A DNA stretch of 36,711 nt. Source: Archangium sp. GTDB lineage: Bacteria > Myxococcota > Myxococcia > Myxococcales > Myxococcaceae. Under the pieces are notes generated by a model. It was not told the origin of the DNA. It searched no databases and saw only the letters and a program-made list of their open reading frames with translations. A program made the translations under genes and the position numbers. The DNA is taken from positions 1 to 36,711 of the forward strand of contig JANLPS010000100.1 of assembly GCA_031367385.1 (NCBI GenBank), read 5' to 3'. Shown piece after piece: positions 9,131 to 18,146 of the stretch. Positions within the stretch are counted from its first letter, which is position 1, and the number at the start of each line of letters is the position of its first letter.

Positions 9131-10102
9131 ATGTCACCCCTCACCACTGCGCTGTTCATTCTCGCTTCAACGGTCGTCTCGGCGGCCGAGCCCGTCGCGA
9201 TGTTCACTCCCAAGGCCTTCAACGTCGACGAGAAGCAGCTCAGCTCATTCGGCGCGGTGTGCGCGACGAAGTACGCCAGCGTCGCCCAGACCCCGGTGAT
9301 TGCGCCCGACATTGCACGGCAAGCGATCGGCCCGAACGGCAGTCTGGTCGAGGCCGCCGCGGCGCTTCACGCACACGAGCTGATTGAGCTGACGGTGATC
9401 AGCCTCGCGACCCCCACCTCGCCCGGCCGGTGGATCATCGAAGGCATTCGGCGCGACGCGGCTGGCAAAGAGCTCTACCGCACCGAAGTCACCGCTGAGT
9501 CGCTCAACGACGCGGTGCCAGCTTGTGAGCGAATGGCCCTGTCGCTCTCGAAGATGGTTCCTCCCACCGAGACGCTCAACCGGCACAACGTGACGGCTGC
9601 CGAAATGGCCGAGACCTCTGAGCCGAACCGAACGGGCACTGAAAAGTTGCTTGGCGTGAAGACCAACTTCGCGCTCCCGTTGAGCGGGTCGGGCTCGGTC
9701 AACCCCCTCTGGAGTGTCGCCTTCGACGCCCGACTGGAGTTTCCCCGGTACTTCATCGAGCTCGGTGCGGGCTTCCTGATCCCCGCGGTGCTGAACGCGA
9801 GCAGCACGAGCTACGGCGGTCTGACCTCGGAGATCGGCGCCAGCTACTTCTTGAGCGATGCAGACACCGCGGCCTACATCGGCGGAGGTCTTCAACCCCG
9901 CCTGCTCTTCTCGGGTTCAATCGTGAACTTGGCCCCGTATGCGCAGCTCGGCATCGAATTTTCACGCGCGTCGTCGACTCGTCTCTATGCCGACTTTCGC
10001 GTCTCGCAGAACATCTTGCCGGTCGCTTCTTCTTCAGGCTTCGGCGGCAGCCCGTCGCTCTTTCCCACCGAGCTTGCGTTGCAAATCGGCATCGGGTTTT
10101 GA
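9131..10102 (+). CDS. Outer-membrane protein: periplasmic alpha/beta domain plus small C-terminal beta-barrel
   Basis: GGAG RBS; signal peptide; alternating-hydrophobic strands in the C-terminal half ending in the BAM-type signal 'LQIGIGF'. Confidence 0.75.
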   Translation: MSPLTTALFILASTVVSAAEPVAMFTPKAFNVDEKQLSSFGAVCATKYASVAQTPVIAPDIARQAIGPNGSLVEAAAALHAHELIELTVISLATPTSPGRWIIEGIRRDAAGKELYRTEVTAESLNDAVPACERMALSLSKMVPPTETLNRHNVTAAEMAETSEPNRTGTEKLLGVKTNFALPLSGSGSVNPLWSVAFDARLEFPRYFIELGAGFLIPAVLNASSTSYGGLTSEIGASYFLSDADTAAYIGGGLQPRLLFSGSIVNLAPYAQLGIEFSRASSTRLYADFRVSQNILPVASSSGFGGSPSLFPTELALQIGIGF

Positions 10103-10186
10103 AGAGCGCGCTGAGTCGAGGTCGAGCGCGGCTGTCACACGCAGAAATCGAGCGGTAGGTGCGCGCGCACGTTATGTCGGAGGCCC

Positions 10187-11101
10187 GTGAGCCTCATCGC
10201 CGCTGCCCCCCTCGTCGCCCAACCCGTCGCTCCCAACACGAGGCTGATCGCGGTCAGCTTGTTCGCGGTGTACGTGATCTGGGGTTCGACCTATTACGCG
10301 ATGCGGGTGGTGGTCGAATCGGTGCCGCCGTTCTTCATGGCCGGGGTGCGCTTCGTCATCGCGGGGAGCGCCATGCTGCTCTTCTTGCGTCTGCGCGGAG
10401 CCGCTTTGCCAACGCGCCGCGAGTGGTTCTCTGCCTCTGCCGTCGGGTGCTTGATGTTCGTGTTGGGCAACGGCACCGTCGCGTTCGCCGAGCGCCACAT
10501 CTCGTCGGGCATCGCGGCGGTGGTCTGCGGCACGATGCCGCTGTGGGCCGCGGGCCTGGGCCCTTTTTTCGGTGAGCGCCCCAGCCGCCGTGAGGTCATC
10601 GGGCTGGTTGTCGGCTTTCTCGGAGTGGCGGTGCTCTCGTTTGGAGATGGGCTCACCGCGAACCCGGTGTCAGCGGTGCTCTTGATGCTCGCGCCAGTGA
10701 GCTGGGCGCTTGGTTCATTGCTCGCCAGGCGATTGCCGATGCCCAAAGGGCCGATGTCGGCCGCGGCGCAGATGCTGACGGGGGGCGTCGCGATGGCGGT
10801 GCTCAGCCAGCTGGTGGGAGAACAGGTGCCCGCCGTGATACCCGGGCGCGCGATCTGGGCGTGGGTCTACCTGGGCATCTTCGGGTCGTTGATCGCATAC
10901 ACCGCGTACACGTATCTGCTGCGGGTGACCCGGCCGGCGCTGGCAACGAGCTATTCATACGTGAACCCGATGATCGCGGTGTTGGTTGGCGCGGCCATCG
11001 GCGGAGAGCACCTGGGCCCCGAGATGTTCGTCGCACTGCTGCTGATCGTCTGCGCGACGGTGCTGGTGGTGCTGAAGCCGGCGAAGCCCCAACTGGCCTG
11101 A
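10187..11101 (+). CDS. yedA: EamA/DMT family drug/metabolite exporter (YedA-like)
   Basis: 'VYVIWGSTY', 'PPFFMAGVRF', 'YLGIFGSLIAYTAY', 'SYSYVNPMIAV'; about 10 TM helices. Confidence 0.88.
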   Translation: MSLIAAAPLVAQPVAPNTRLIAVSLFAVYVIWGSTYYAMRVVVESVPPFFMAGVRFVIAGSAMLLFLRLRGAALPTRREWFSASAVGCLMFVLGNGTVAFAERHISSGIAAVVCGTMPLWAAGLGPFFGERPSRREVIGLVVGFLGVAVLSFGDGLTANPVSAVLLMLAPVSWALGSLLARRLPMPKGPMSAAAQMLTGGVAMAVLSQLVGEQVPAVIPGRAIWAWVYLGIFGSLIAYTAYTYLLRVTRPALATSYSYVNPMIAVLVGAAIGGEHLGPEMFVALLLIVCATVLVVLKPAKPQLA

Positions 11102-11295
11102 CGCGCTCGATGACATCGCGAGGCGCTCTGGGCCAGACCCTCGAGGGCGCGCTTTCGGGTCGAAACACCTTGAATTCAAGCCACTTACAGGTCTGTAGGC
11201 GCCAAGGTGACCTCGGCGTGGTCAGTCGCCAGTTGCGCACAGCGCCTTGGTGGTGTGTCAAAGTGCCGTTCCTCCCTTCGCTGCCTGGAAATTTC

Positions 11296-12906
11296 ATGAC
11301 CATCTCCAAAGCCGACTCTTCGAACCGCACCGCCAACACGCCGGCGCCGGACTACAGCCGCGAGCCGTCAACGTTGCCGAAGGGCACCGACGAGAACAGC
11401 TTCATCACCATCAAGCCGAACCAAAAAATCTGGGACCAAGCGAAGAAAGATTTGCTCGACTCGGGCGTGAAGAAGCCGAGCGTCACTCAGATCAACAACC
11501 GCTTGGGTGATTACGAGAAGGCCAACGCTGGGCGTCTGAACTTGAGCGAGCTGATCCCCGGCGACCAGGTCAGCAAGCCCGCGCCGTTGCCGAATGCCGG
11601 CTACACTGCGGGTGCCAACGGCGCCGGCAAACCCGGGCAGACCGGGCCCGAAGCTCAGGCCGCGGCCAAGCAGCAAACCGAGACGACCAAAGAGGTCGAG
11701 GCGCGCGCACTGATGGCTGCGAAGCCCGCATTTCAAAAGGGCACCGACGCGATCATCGACGGCTTCAAGAACGCCAAGAGCCCCAAGGCGCAGAGCGATG
11801 CGATCGACCTTGCCAATCAGCAGCTCAAGCAGCCGGGCGCGGCGCTGTTGTCGCCCGAGAGCAAGAAGGCGCTCGAAGGCGTGGCCAACAGCCTCAAGTC
11901 GTCTCAGCTGACCACGATCCTCACCACCGTCGCGAAGCCGCCGATCCCTGCTGAAAACAAGAAGGCCATCGAGACGATTCTCGACGGAAACAAGCACCTC
12001 GCGGGTCAGGGCGATTACATCGCGCTCGAGACCGCCATTGGCCGTCAGATCAGCCCCCCGGCACCCGCGATGGCAGGCCAGATCGCCGAGATCAACGCCA
12101 AGGCCGACGCTGACCGAGCCACCGCTTCGGCCGCTCAAGAAGCGAAGCTTCACCCGCATGGCACCTCGCCCGGGCACGTCAGCCCTGCTGACCAGAAGCG
12201 CTCTGATGATGCCGCTGACGCTGCGACTCGGGCCCGACAAGCGGCTCGCACCGAAGAGGCGAAGGGCCAAGCCACTGGCTCCGTTGCCGGTGCAGCCGCT
12301 TCGCTGCGCGCAAACCCCCAAGGGCAGGTCGACAAGAAAGACCTGCAAGAGAAGCTTGACGCCGCGAAGAAGTACGGCGTCACCTCAGGCGCCGACATTG
12401 AGACCTTGAAGCAAGCCATCGCGGCTCCGAACCCACCGGCAGTCAAACGCGCCGAGACCCAACTCACGGCAGCCCTCGACAAGCTCAAGGCGCACCCCGA
12501 GCAGATTCAAAACGGGTTCGCGATGCGAAACGCGATCGAAGAGGCCAAGCTGATGGGCGTCAAGCCCACCCCCGATGACCAGAAGTGGATCGACTACGCC
12601 ACGAAGAAGCTCAATGGTCAGCCCGCCAGCATCCCCGGTCACGAGAAAGAAGACTTTCGCAAGGGCGAGATCGCCGGCGTGAACCAAGCCGGGCGCTCTG
12701 ATGCGCTGGCTGCGCAGGCGAAGACCGTGAGCGCGAAGTCGATGACCACCGAACAGCGCGCCGAGCTCGAGTCGTTGCTGAACAGCGCCGCGAAAGACCC
12801 GCACTCCGACGCCGACAAAGCCAACATCGCGAAGATTCGAGGGGCCATCAACACCTTCGAAATCAACGTCGCCAACAAGCGCAGCGGCGTCTCTTCTGGT
12901 GACTAA
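11296..12906 (+). CDS. Hypothetical Ala/Lys-rich helical protein with a LysM-like N-terminal domain
   Basis: ATG 11296, 536 aa, strong coding pattern. 'ITIKPNQKIW...NAGRLNLSELIPGDQVSKP' resembles LysM start and end motifs. No classical signal peptide. Confidence 0.7.
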   Translation: MTISKADSSNRTANTPAPDYSREPSTLPKGTDENSFITIKPNQKIWDQAKKDLLDSGVKKPSVTQINNRLGDYEKANAGRLNLSELIPGDQVSKPAPLPNAGYTAGANGAGKPGQTGPEAQAAAKQQTETTKEVEARALMAAKPAFQKGTDAIIDGFKNAKSPKAQSDAIDLANQQLKQPGAALLSPESKKALEGVANSLKSSQLTTILTTVAKPPIPAENKKAIETILDGNKHLAGQGDYIALETAIGRQISPPAPAMAGQIAEINAKADADRATASAAQEAKLHPHGTSPGHVSPADQKRSDDAADAATRARQAARTEEAKGQATGSVAGAAASLRANPQGQVDKKDLQEKLDAAKKYGVTSGADIETLKQAIAAPNPPAVKRAETQLTAALDKLKAHPEQIQNGFAMRNAIEEAKLMGVKPTPDDQKWIDYATKKLNGQPASIPGHEKEDFRKGEIAGVNQAGRSDALAAQAKTVSAKSMTTEQRAELESLLNSAAKDPHSDADKANIAKIRGAINTFEINVANKRSGVSSGD

Positions 12907-12912
12907 GGCCCT

Positions 12913-13482
12913 CTATCGGGCGCGAGCGATCACTCGCTTGACCCAGGTCACGCCGAGCTTTCGGCGTGAGCCCTCGACCATGAAGGGTGGCAGCGAGCCG
13001 CCCGGGTCTGAGAACACGACGTAGGTCAGCCGCGTGTGCTGCTGATCGAGGGGCTCGAAGGCCCAAAAGCCTTTGAGCTTCTTCACCCGAACCCACCCAT
13101 CGACCTCCTTGGGCGCGGCATCGACTGCCGCTTCGAAGGTCATGCGGCAGGCCGACCCCTCGTGAATTCGCGTCGCTCGCACCGCGTAGTCACGGTTGCT
13201 CACGATCGGCGGCGTGATCTGATCGTAGGTCACGCGCTCGTTCTCGCTCTGGGAGAGGACCTTGCGCGACTTGAGGTTGGGCTCCTCAGCGTCGAACTCG
13301 CCGGTACCAAAGGCCTCGTCGCACAGGGCATCAGGGGTCTTGGTCGTGGTGGTGGTGAAGCGCAGCTCGACGAAGCCTGAGCCTTCGACCTTTCTCGACT
13401 CGATGGTGACTCCGTCGACCTCGTCGACCTTCGAGAACTCACCGTCGGCCGCCAACAGCACCAGCACCCCAAAAGCAATCAT
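12913..13482 (-). CDS. START/SRPBCC lipid-binding domain protein (secreted)
   Basis: 'DGVTIESR', 'PPIVSNRDY', 'GFWAFEP', 'DPGGSLPPFM' START motifs; short signal peptide; TACAAT 8 nt upstream of the ATG. Confidence 0.85.
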   Translation of the reverse strand: MIAFGVLVLLAADGEFSKVDEVDGVTIESRKVEGSGFVELRFTTTTTKTPDALCDEAFGTGEFDAEEPNLKSRKVLSQSENERVTYDQITPPIVSNRDYAVRATRIHEGSACRMTFEAAVDAAPKEVDGWVRVKKLKGFWAFEPLDQQHTRLTYVVFSDPGGSLPPFMVEGSRRKLGVTWVKRVIARAR

Positions 13483-13604
13483 GGCGCGCGATTGTATGTC
13501 GTTGTGCGACAAACCGCCTTGGTCAAACCTCAAAAGTCTCGCGCGATGTGCTTGCGCTGTGCTGTCTTGCGCCCAATCAACGTCGCAGGTGAGGGGAGCC
13601 CCAC

Positions 13605-14825
13605 ATGGATGCCGATCAACGCCGCGCTACCGGCAAGAAATTCATCGAAGAAGTCGACTGGGACACGTACGACTACACCAAGGCGCCAGGCGCCGACATG
13701 AAGTTTCCCGACTTCACCGAGGCGCAGTGCGAGACCAAGCCGTTCTGGTGCTCGAAGCACTACAACGACATCGGCGACTGGTCGACCTGCCACGTCATCG
13801 ACCTGAATCAGATTCAAGACGGCCAAGAGCGTCGGCTGATGGCGCTCTACGGAGTGCCGGTCGAGTGGCCCGACATCTACGGCGGTGACCCCGATGGGCT
13901 CAACTCGCTCATCAACGAGCTCGACGACGCGCGCAGCGGAGGCGGCGATGAGTGGGAAGAAGCGAAGGCCTCTCACGGGCTGCTCAACGACGAGCACTAC
14001 ACCTGGTTGCGCGGCCGGTCGCTGCGCATACCCGAGGCGCTCACCAACTATGAGTCTGCGGTCGAGGCCATCGCGCTGATCGACGCGACCCTGAAGGCCA
14101 AGCGCAACCCCGGCGACCTCTACGACAAGTACGGCTTTCGCGACCAGGAGCACTTCGACTACTTCAAGCGCTACGTCGGCCGCGCCAAAGATCGCGCGTG
14201 GGGCGAGCACGACAAGCTCTTGCAACAGACGTGGAAGGCGCTCGACGAGCGCTTCGAGAAGAACAAAGAGGCGCTCGCTGACGAGCTCTCACCCTTCAAG
14301 GGCGTCTCGCTCGAAGACTGGGCCGGAGCGAACGCGCAGCTCTCTCAGGCCAAGCCGATCGCGCACATCTTGAAGGTGCTCGGCATCGACCAACCCGCGT
14401 GGGACGAAGTCAACGCGGAGTGGATGGCCCGCATGAGCCGCGACACCACCGCGACGGTCGCGACCGTGTACGGCCAGGCGTTCACTGGCGCCGGCGTCGG
14501 CAAGTTCGGTGCTGCGGCCAAAGCGGTGTCGGCCTCGATGAAGGCCGGGCATGGCAAAGACGTCGCCGGTGACGAGCCAGTCTCCTTCGAAGATTGGGTC
14601 AAGATTCAAGCGCACATGAACGCCGCAGTGGCGCAGGGCATCGACCCCAACGCGCTGCTCAAGCAGTACGAGCTGACCGCGGCTGATTGGGGCGCGGCGG
14701 GCGGCTACTGGGCGATGAAGATGAACTCGAACCCGGCGAAGTACATGTCTGAATACTCGGCCTTCTCAGCCAAGTACGCCAACGCGTTCACTGGCGCGAA
14801 GGCCGGCGCCGACATCGACTTCTGA
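13605..14825 (+). CDS. Uncharacterised repeat protein with two DUF6620-like domains
   Basis: GAGGGGAG RBS. Two repeats 'VSLEDW...LGI...W...W..RM' and 'VSFEDW...YEL...W...W..KM'. The DUF6620 assignment is from recollection of the motif. Confidence 0.7.
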   Translation: MDADQRRATGKKFIEEVDWDTYDYTKAPGADMKFPDFTEAQCETKPFWCSKHYNDIGDWSTCHVIDLNQIQDGQERRLMALYGVPVEWPDIYGGDPDGLNSLINELDDARSGGGDEWEEAKASHGLLNDEHYTWLRGRSLRIPEALTNYESAVEAIALIDATLKAKRNPGDLYDKYGFRDQEHFDYFKRYVGRAKDRAWGEHDKLLQQTWKALDERFEKNKEALADELSPFKGVSLEDWAGANAQLSQAKPIAHILKVLGIDQPAWDEVNAEWMARMSRDTTATVATVYGQAFTGAGVGKFGAAAKAVSASMKAGHGKDVAGDEPVSFEDWVKIQAHMNAAVAQGIDPNALLKQYELTAADWGAAGGYWAMKMNSNPAKYMSEYSAFSAKYANAFTGAKAGADIDF

Positions 14826-14827
14826 CC

Positions 14828-15331
14828 GTGACCGCACCAGCCGATCAGCTCCAGGCGCTCGTCGAGCAGGCCAATCGGCTGGCGCTCTCGAGCGATGAGC
14901 CCGGGTGGGACACGTTCGTGCGCTCGGTGGGGTTGACGCCGCTGAGCGCCGAGCAACGCGCGTTCATTCGGGCCTCTGGGGTGCCCAAGCTCAAGGGCAT
15001 GTTGCCGGTCGAGCTGCGGGTCGTGCTCGAGGCGATTCGGGCACGCTTCGCACCAATGGCCGACAGCGAATCGATGAAGACCGATTTATTGGTGCTGGTC
15101 GACCGCGAGATGTTGCGCTTCGTGGCCGCGGCGCAGCCCCCGAAGTCGGTGTTGCCAGGCATCTTCGCCAACGCCCAGCGCACCGCGGTTCGCCTGGGGC
15201 CACAGGCCGATTCGTTGAGCGCCCAGAAGTGCACCTGCTGCGGGGCCGCGCGACCAGCCGAATCTGATCTTCGCAGCTGCACCTTCTGTGGGCAGTCGTT
15301 CTTTCCTCCTGGGGCTGGGCTCCCAGCATGA
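14828..15331 (+). CDS. Hypothetical protein with C-terminal zinc ribbon (CxCCG-x10-CxFCG)
   Basis: Starts 2 nt after the upstream stop; 'CTCCGAARPAESDLRSCTFCG'. Confidence 0.75.
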   Translation: MTAPADQLQALVEQANRLALSSDEPGWDTFVRSVGLTPLSAEQRAFIRASGVPKLKGMLPVELRVVLEAIRARFAPMADSESMKTDLLVLVDREMLRFVAAAQPPKSVLPGIFANAQRTAVRLGPQADSLSAQKCTCCGAARPAESDLRSCTFCGQSFFPPGAGLPA

Positions 15332-16077
15332 GCGACCTCGAGACCGTTAAGCGGTGGGACGCCTTCTTGGCCAAGATTCGCGAGCGGGTGCTCGAGACCC
15401 TGGCGCAGGCCGAAGAGGGGTGCGCGATGTTGCTCGACCTCAACTCGCTCGACCCGCAGCCAATGACCATCGCGTGGATGGCGATTGAAAATCAGCTCCA
15501 CGAGCTGCGCGCGAAGATTGATGCGACCTGGTTCGAGAAGGTCGAGCCGGGCCTGACGCCGGGCGAGTCGGTCGATCGCGAGCTGGCCAAGTCACGGGCG
15601 CTCGAGCACGACATCGAGCGGCTCAAAGACGAGACCGAGCTCAAAATTTTCGCCGGCGCTGCGGCTAAGATCTACGAGCAGGCGCGCGTGAACCTGGCGA
15701 AAGACCACTCCTGCACGCAATGCGGTGCGGCGGTGCCCTTGAAGCAGGCGTTCTTTCGCTCACGTCACGAAACGTGCCCCTTTTGCAGCAGCGTGAACAC
15801 CTTCGTGCCCGGCAGCACGGTGGCCGCGGTCGAGGGCTTCTGTGTCGACCAGCTGGCGAAGCAAAAAACCTGGGCGTTGCTGCAGAAGTCGCGGCAGACC
15901 GAACGCGCCATTCGCGACGATGCGCCTGCCTCGGTCACCGTCGCCGAGAAGGCGCTGCGCGAGTACCTCACCGCGTACCTGCGTGCCCGAATCGAGATCG
16001 TGCCGGAGTACGCCGCGAACTTCGACAAAGATCTGGCCGGCAAGATGGCGTTCTTTCGAAGCCAGTACCCCGGCTGA
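15328..16077 (+). CDS. Helical/coiled-coil protein with central zinc ribbon (CTQCG...CPFC)
   Basis: ATGA overlap with the upstream stop; two CxxC pairs between helical segments. Confidence 0.8.
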   Translation: MSDLETVKRWDAFLAKIRERVLETLAQAEEGCAMLLDLNSLDPQPMTIAWMAIENQLHELRAKIDATWFEKVEPGLTPGESVDRELAKSRALEHDIERLKDETELKIFAGAAAKIYEQARVNLAKDHSCTQCGAAVPLKQAFFRSRHETCPFCSSVNTFVPGSTVAAVEGFCVDQLAKQKTWALLQKSRQTERAIRDDAPASVTVAEKALREYLTAYLRARIEIVPEYAANFDKDLAGKMAFFRSQYPG

Positions 16078-16089
16078 AGTGTCGCTGCG

Positions 16090-16707
16090 TCAGCGCTTGG
16101 TGGCGCCGAGCCCTCGAAACTGGAGCTCGAGCGAGCGGCTGAGAATCGGGTCGAGCGCCTGCTCGATGGTCGCGAAGCCCTGCAGCCATGCCATCAACCC
16201 CGCGAAGTAGAGCGCAAAGACGTTCTGCGCCGCCTCCATCGGCACCACGTCGGCGCGAACCTCGCCCGCGTGCTGCGCCTCGAGCACCAACCCGGCCAGC
16301 CGATGCAAAAAGGCAAAGGTCAGCGCGTTGACCCGCTCGGCGTTTGGGCCACTCGCTCCTGGCAGGCTGCGCACGAATTCACGCCCCATCGAGCCGCTCC
16401 GCTCGTACATCGCGTAGAGCGCCTTGAAGACGTGCAACAACCGGGCGTTCAAGCCCTTTCGCTTCGGCGCAGAGGCGATCGCCGCGTCAACGGTCTGCTC
16501 GAGCCGGTCGTGCATCACCATGAACAACAGGTCGATCTTGTTGGGGGCGTAGAGAAAGAGGGTGCCCTTGGCGACCCCGGCACGCCGGGCAATCTCGCTG
16601 GTGCTGGTGGCCTCGACCCCCTTGCTGGCGAACAGCGCCCCGGCCGCGGTGGTGATGCGCTGCTGCTTGTCTCGGCGGTTCTTCTCGCGCTTGCCAGGTG
16701 TGCTCAT
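16090..16707 (-). CDS. TetR/AcrR family transcriptional regulator
   Basis: N-terminal HTH 'LFASKGVEATSTSEIARRAGVAKGTLFLYAPNKIDL'. Confidence 0.93.
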   Translation of the reverse strand: MSTPGKREKNRRDKQQRITTAAGALFASKGVEATSTSEIARRAGVAKGTLFLYAPNKIDLLFMVMHDRLEQTVDAAIASAPKRKGLNARLLHVFKALYAMYERSGSMGREFVRSLPGASGPNAERVNALTFAFLHRLAGLVLEAQHAGEVRADVVPMEAAQNVFALYFAGLMAWLQGFATIEQALDPILSRSLELQFRGLGATKR

Positions 16708-16752
16708 AGGGGCTGTTTAGCCCAAGGTTGCCAGCCGGTCGCAGCTTCGATT

Positions 16753-16775
16753 AATAATGACCATGGTCAGTTATT
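16753..16775. promoter_or_regulatory. Palindromic operator, likely bound by the adjacent TetR
   Basis: Perfect 12-bp palindrome TGACCATGGTCA (16758-16769) with AATAA/TTATT flanks, in the AT-rich divergent gap downstream of a TTGCCA -35-like hexamer (16728-16733). Confidence 0.75.
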
Positions 16776-16790
16776 GAAAGGGCGACGGTC

Positions 16791-17372
16791 ATGACAACGA
16801 TGCTCGATGCACGAGGGGCGTATTACCAGGCGAACCAGTTTGCTCTCGACGGCGGCGACTCCGAGCCGTGGGTTGACTTCAAGCTGGGGCCGGTACCGAT
16901 GCCGTTTCCCAACTCCGACGCGCGGAGAAAGGCGGTGCGCTACCACGACCTGCATCACGTGCTGACGGGCTATCGAACCGACATCATCGGAGAGCTCGAG
17001 ATCTCAGGCTGGGAGCTCGGTGCCGGGTGCGGCTCGTACCTTGCGGCCTGGGTGTTGAATTTGGGTGGGCTGGTGGCCGGGTTGATCGCTGCGCCTGGTA
17101 AGACGATCGCCGCTTTCGTGCGCGGTCGTCGCACCACGACGCTGTACTCACAACCCTTCGAGCCGCTGCTGGGCAGAGACGTCGAGGCTGTTCGTGCCGA
17201 GGTGGGGCTCGCCTCGTATCAGCCGGGGCGGGTGACCGCAGGAGATGTGCTCTGGCTGACAGGCGCAGTGATGCTCGCGCTCGCTGTGTGGTTGCCAGTG
17301 GTGGCACTGACTCCGGTCATCTTTGTGCCCTGGTTTGTCATGGGGCGCCGGTACCTCAGGTCACTTGGGTAG
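16791..17372 (+). CDS. Coq4-like HDxxH metal-binding membrane protein
   Basis: 'YHDLHHVLTGYRTDIIGE' fits the HDxxH-x11-E motif; hydrophobic C-terminus. Confidence 0.7.
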   Translation: MTTMLDARGAYYQANQFALDGGDSEPWVDFKLGPVPMPFPNSDARRKAVRYHDLHHVLTGYRTDIIGELEISGWELGAGCGSYLAAWVLNLGGLVAGLIAAPGKTIAAFVRGRRTTTLYSQPFEPLLGRDVEAVRAEVGLASYQPGRVTAGDVLWLTGAVMLALAVWLPVVALTPVIFVPWFVMGRRYLRSLG

Positions 17373-18146
17373 CTGGAGCTTTCGCGTCTCGGAGCCCATC
17401 ACCGCGATGGCCATGCGCCTCGTCAGCACGCGACGCATGAAGAACGAGGCGAATCGATTGAACACCCCGGGGATGGTGAGCGGCCGGCGACCCAGTGCTT
17501 CGAGGGCGTCGGCCACCACGGCTTGCGGCGACAGCATGCCCGGTGCGCCTCGTGGGGCCCCGCGCAGAAAGTTCGGAGTCGTCGTCGCCCCCGCGCACAC
17601 CGACAGCACGTCGACGCGCGAGTGGCGCAGCTCGAACCAGAGGCCTTCGGCGAAGGCCAGGTTGAACGCCTTCGTGGCCCCGTAGGTCGAGAGGTACGGA
17701 GAGCCTTGAAACGCGGTCAACGATGAGAGCAACACGATGCCGCCGCGTTTTCGAGCCGCCATCGCGTGGCCGTACTGGTGCGCGAACGACAATGGCCCGC
17801 GAATGTTCACATCGATCGCGCGGAGGTTGTCGGTCAGCGACTGCTCGAGAAACGGGCCGCCGGGCGAGAATGCCGCGTTGTAGACCAGCAGGCCGATCTC
17901 GAGGCCTTCGGTCGCTGCAGTGACCGCGGTGAGTGTTTCGGCATCGGCGAGGTCGGCCACCACCGCACGTGCCTCCACGCCCAGCGCCGCAATGTCGGCC
18001 CGAATTCGCTCGAGCGCGTCAGCACGCCGGGCGACCAACACCACGTTGAGGCCACGCAGGGCAATCTGCCGCGCGAACTCGGCGCCCATGCCCTCAGAGG
18101 CACCCGCGATGATCGCCCAGGCTCCGTATTTCTCTTTGAAGGTCAT
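17361..18146 (-). CDS. Short-chain dehydrogenase/reductase (DltE/KAR-like)
   Basis: 'GASEGMG' Rossmann motif, 'YNAA', catalytic Ser and 'YGATK'; ATG overlaps the upstream TGA by 1 nt. Confidence 0.92.
   Translation of the reverse strand: MTFKEKYGAWAIIAGASEGMGAEFARQIALRGLNVVLVARRADALERIRADIAALGVEARAVVADLADAETLTAVTAATEGLEIGLLVYNAAFSPGGPFLEQSLTDNLRAIDVNIRGPLSFAHQYGHAMAARKRGGIVLLSSLTAFQGSPYLSTYGATKAFNLAFAEGLWFELRHSRVDVLSVCAGATTTPNFLRGAPRGAPGMLSPQAVVADALEALGRRPLTIPGVFNRFASFFMRRVLTRRMAIAVMGSETRKLQLPK

Noticed and set aside
11173..11188. IHF-like site AATTCAAGCCACTTA upstream of the LysM-like gene
   Set aside because: It does not fit WATCAA-N4-TTR spacing, and no correctly spaced sigma-54 promoter was found nearby.
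10861..11295. N-terminal extensions given in the ORF track (also 4349, 5248, 9089, 18500, 35002 starts)
   Set aside because: They overlap neighbouring real genes; downstream starts with an RBS, signal peptide or coupled overlap fit better.
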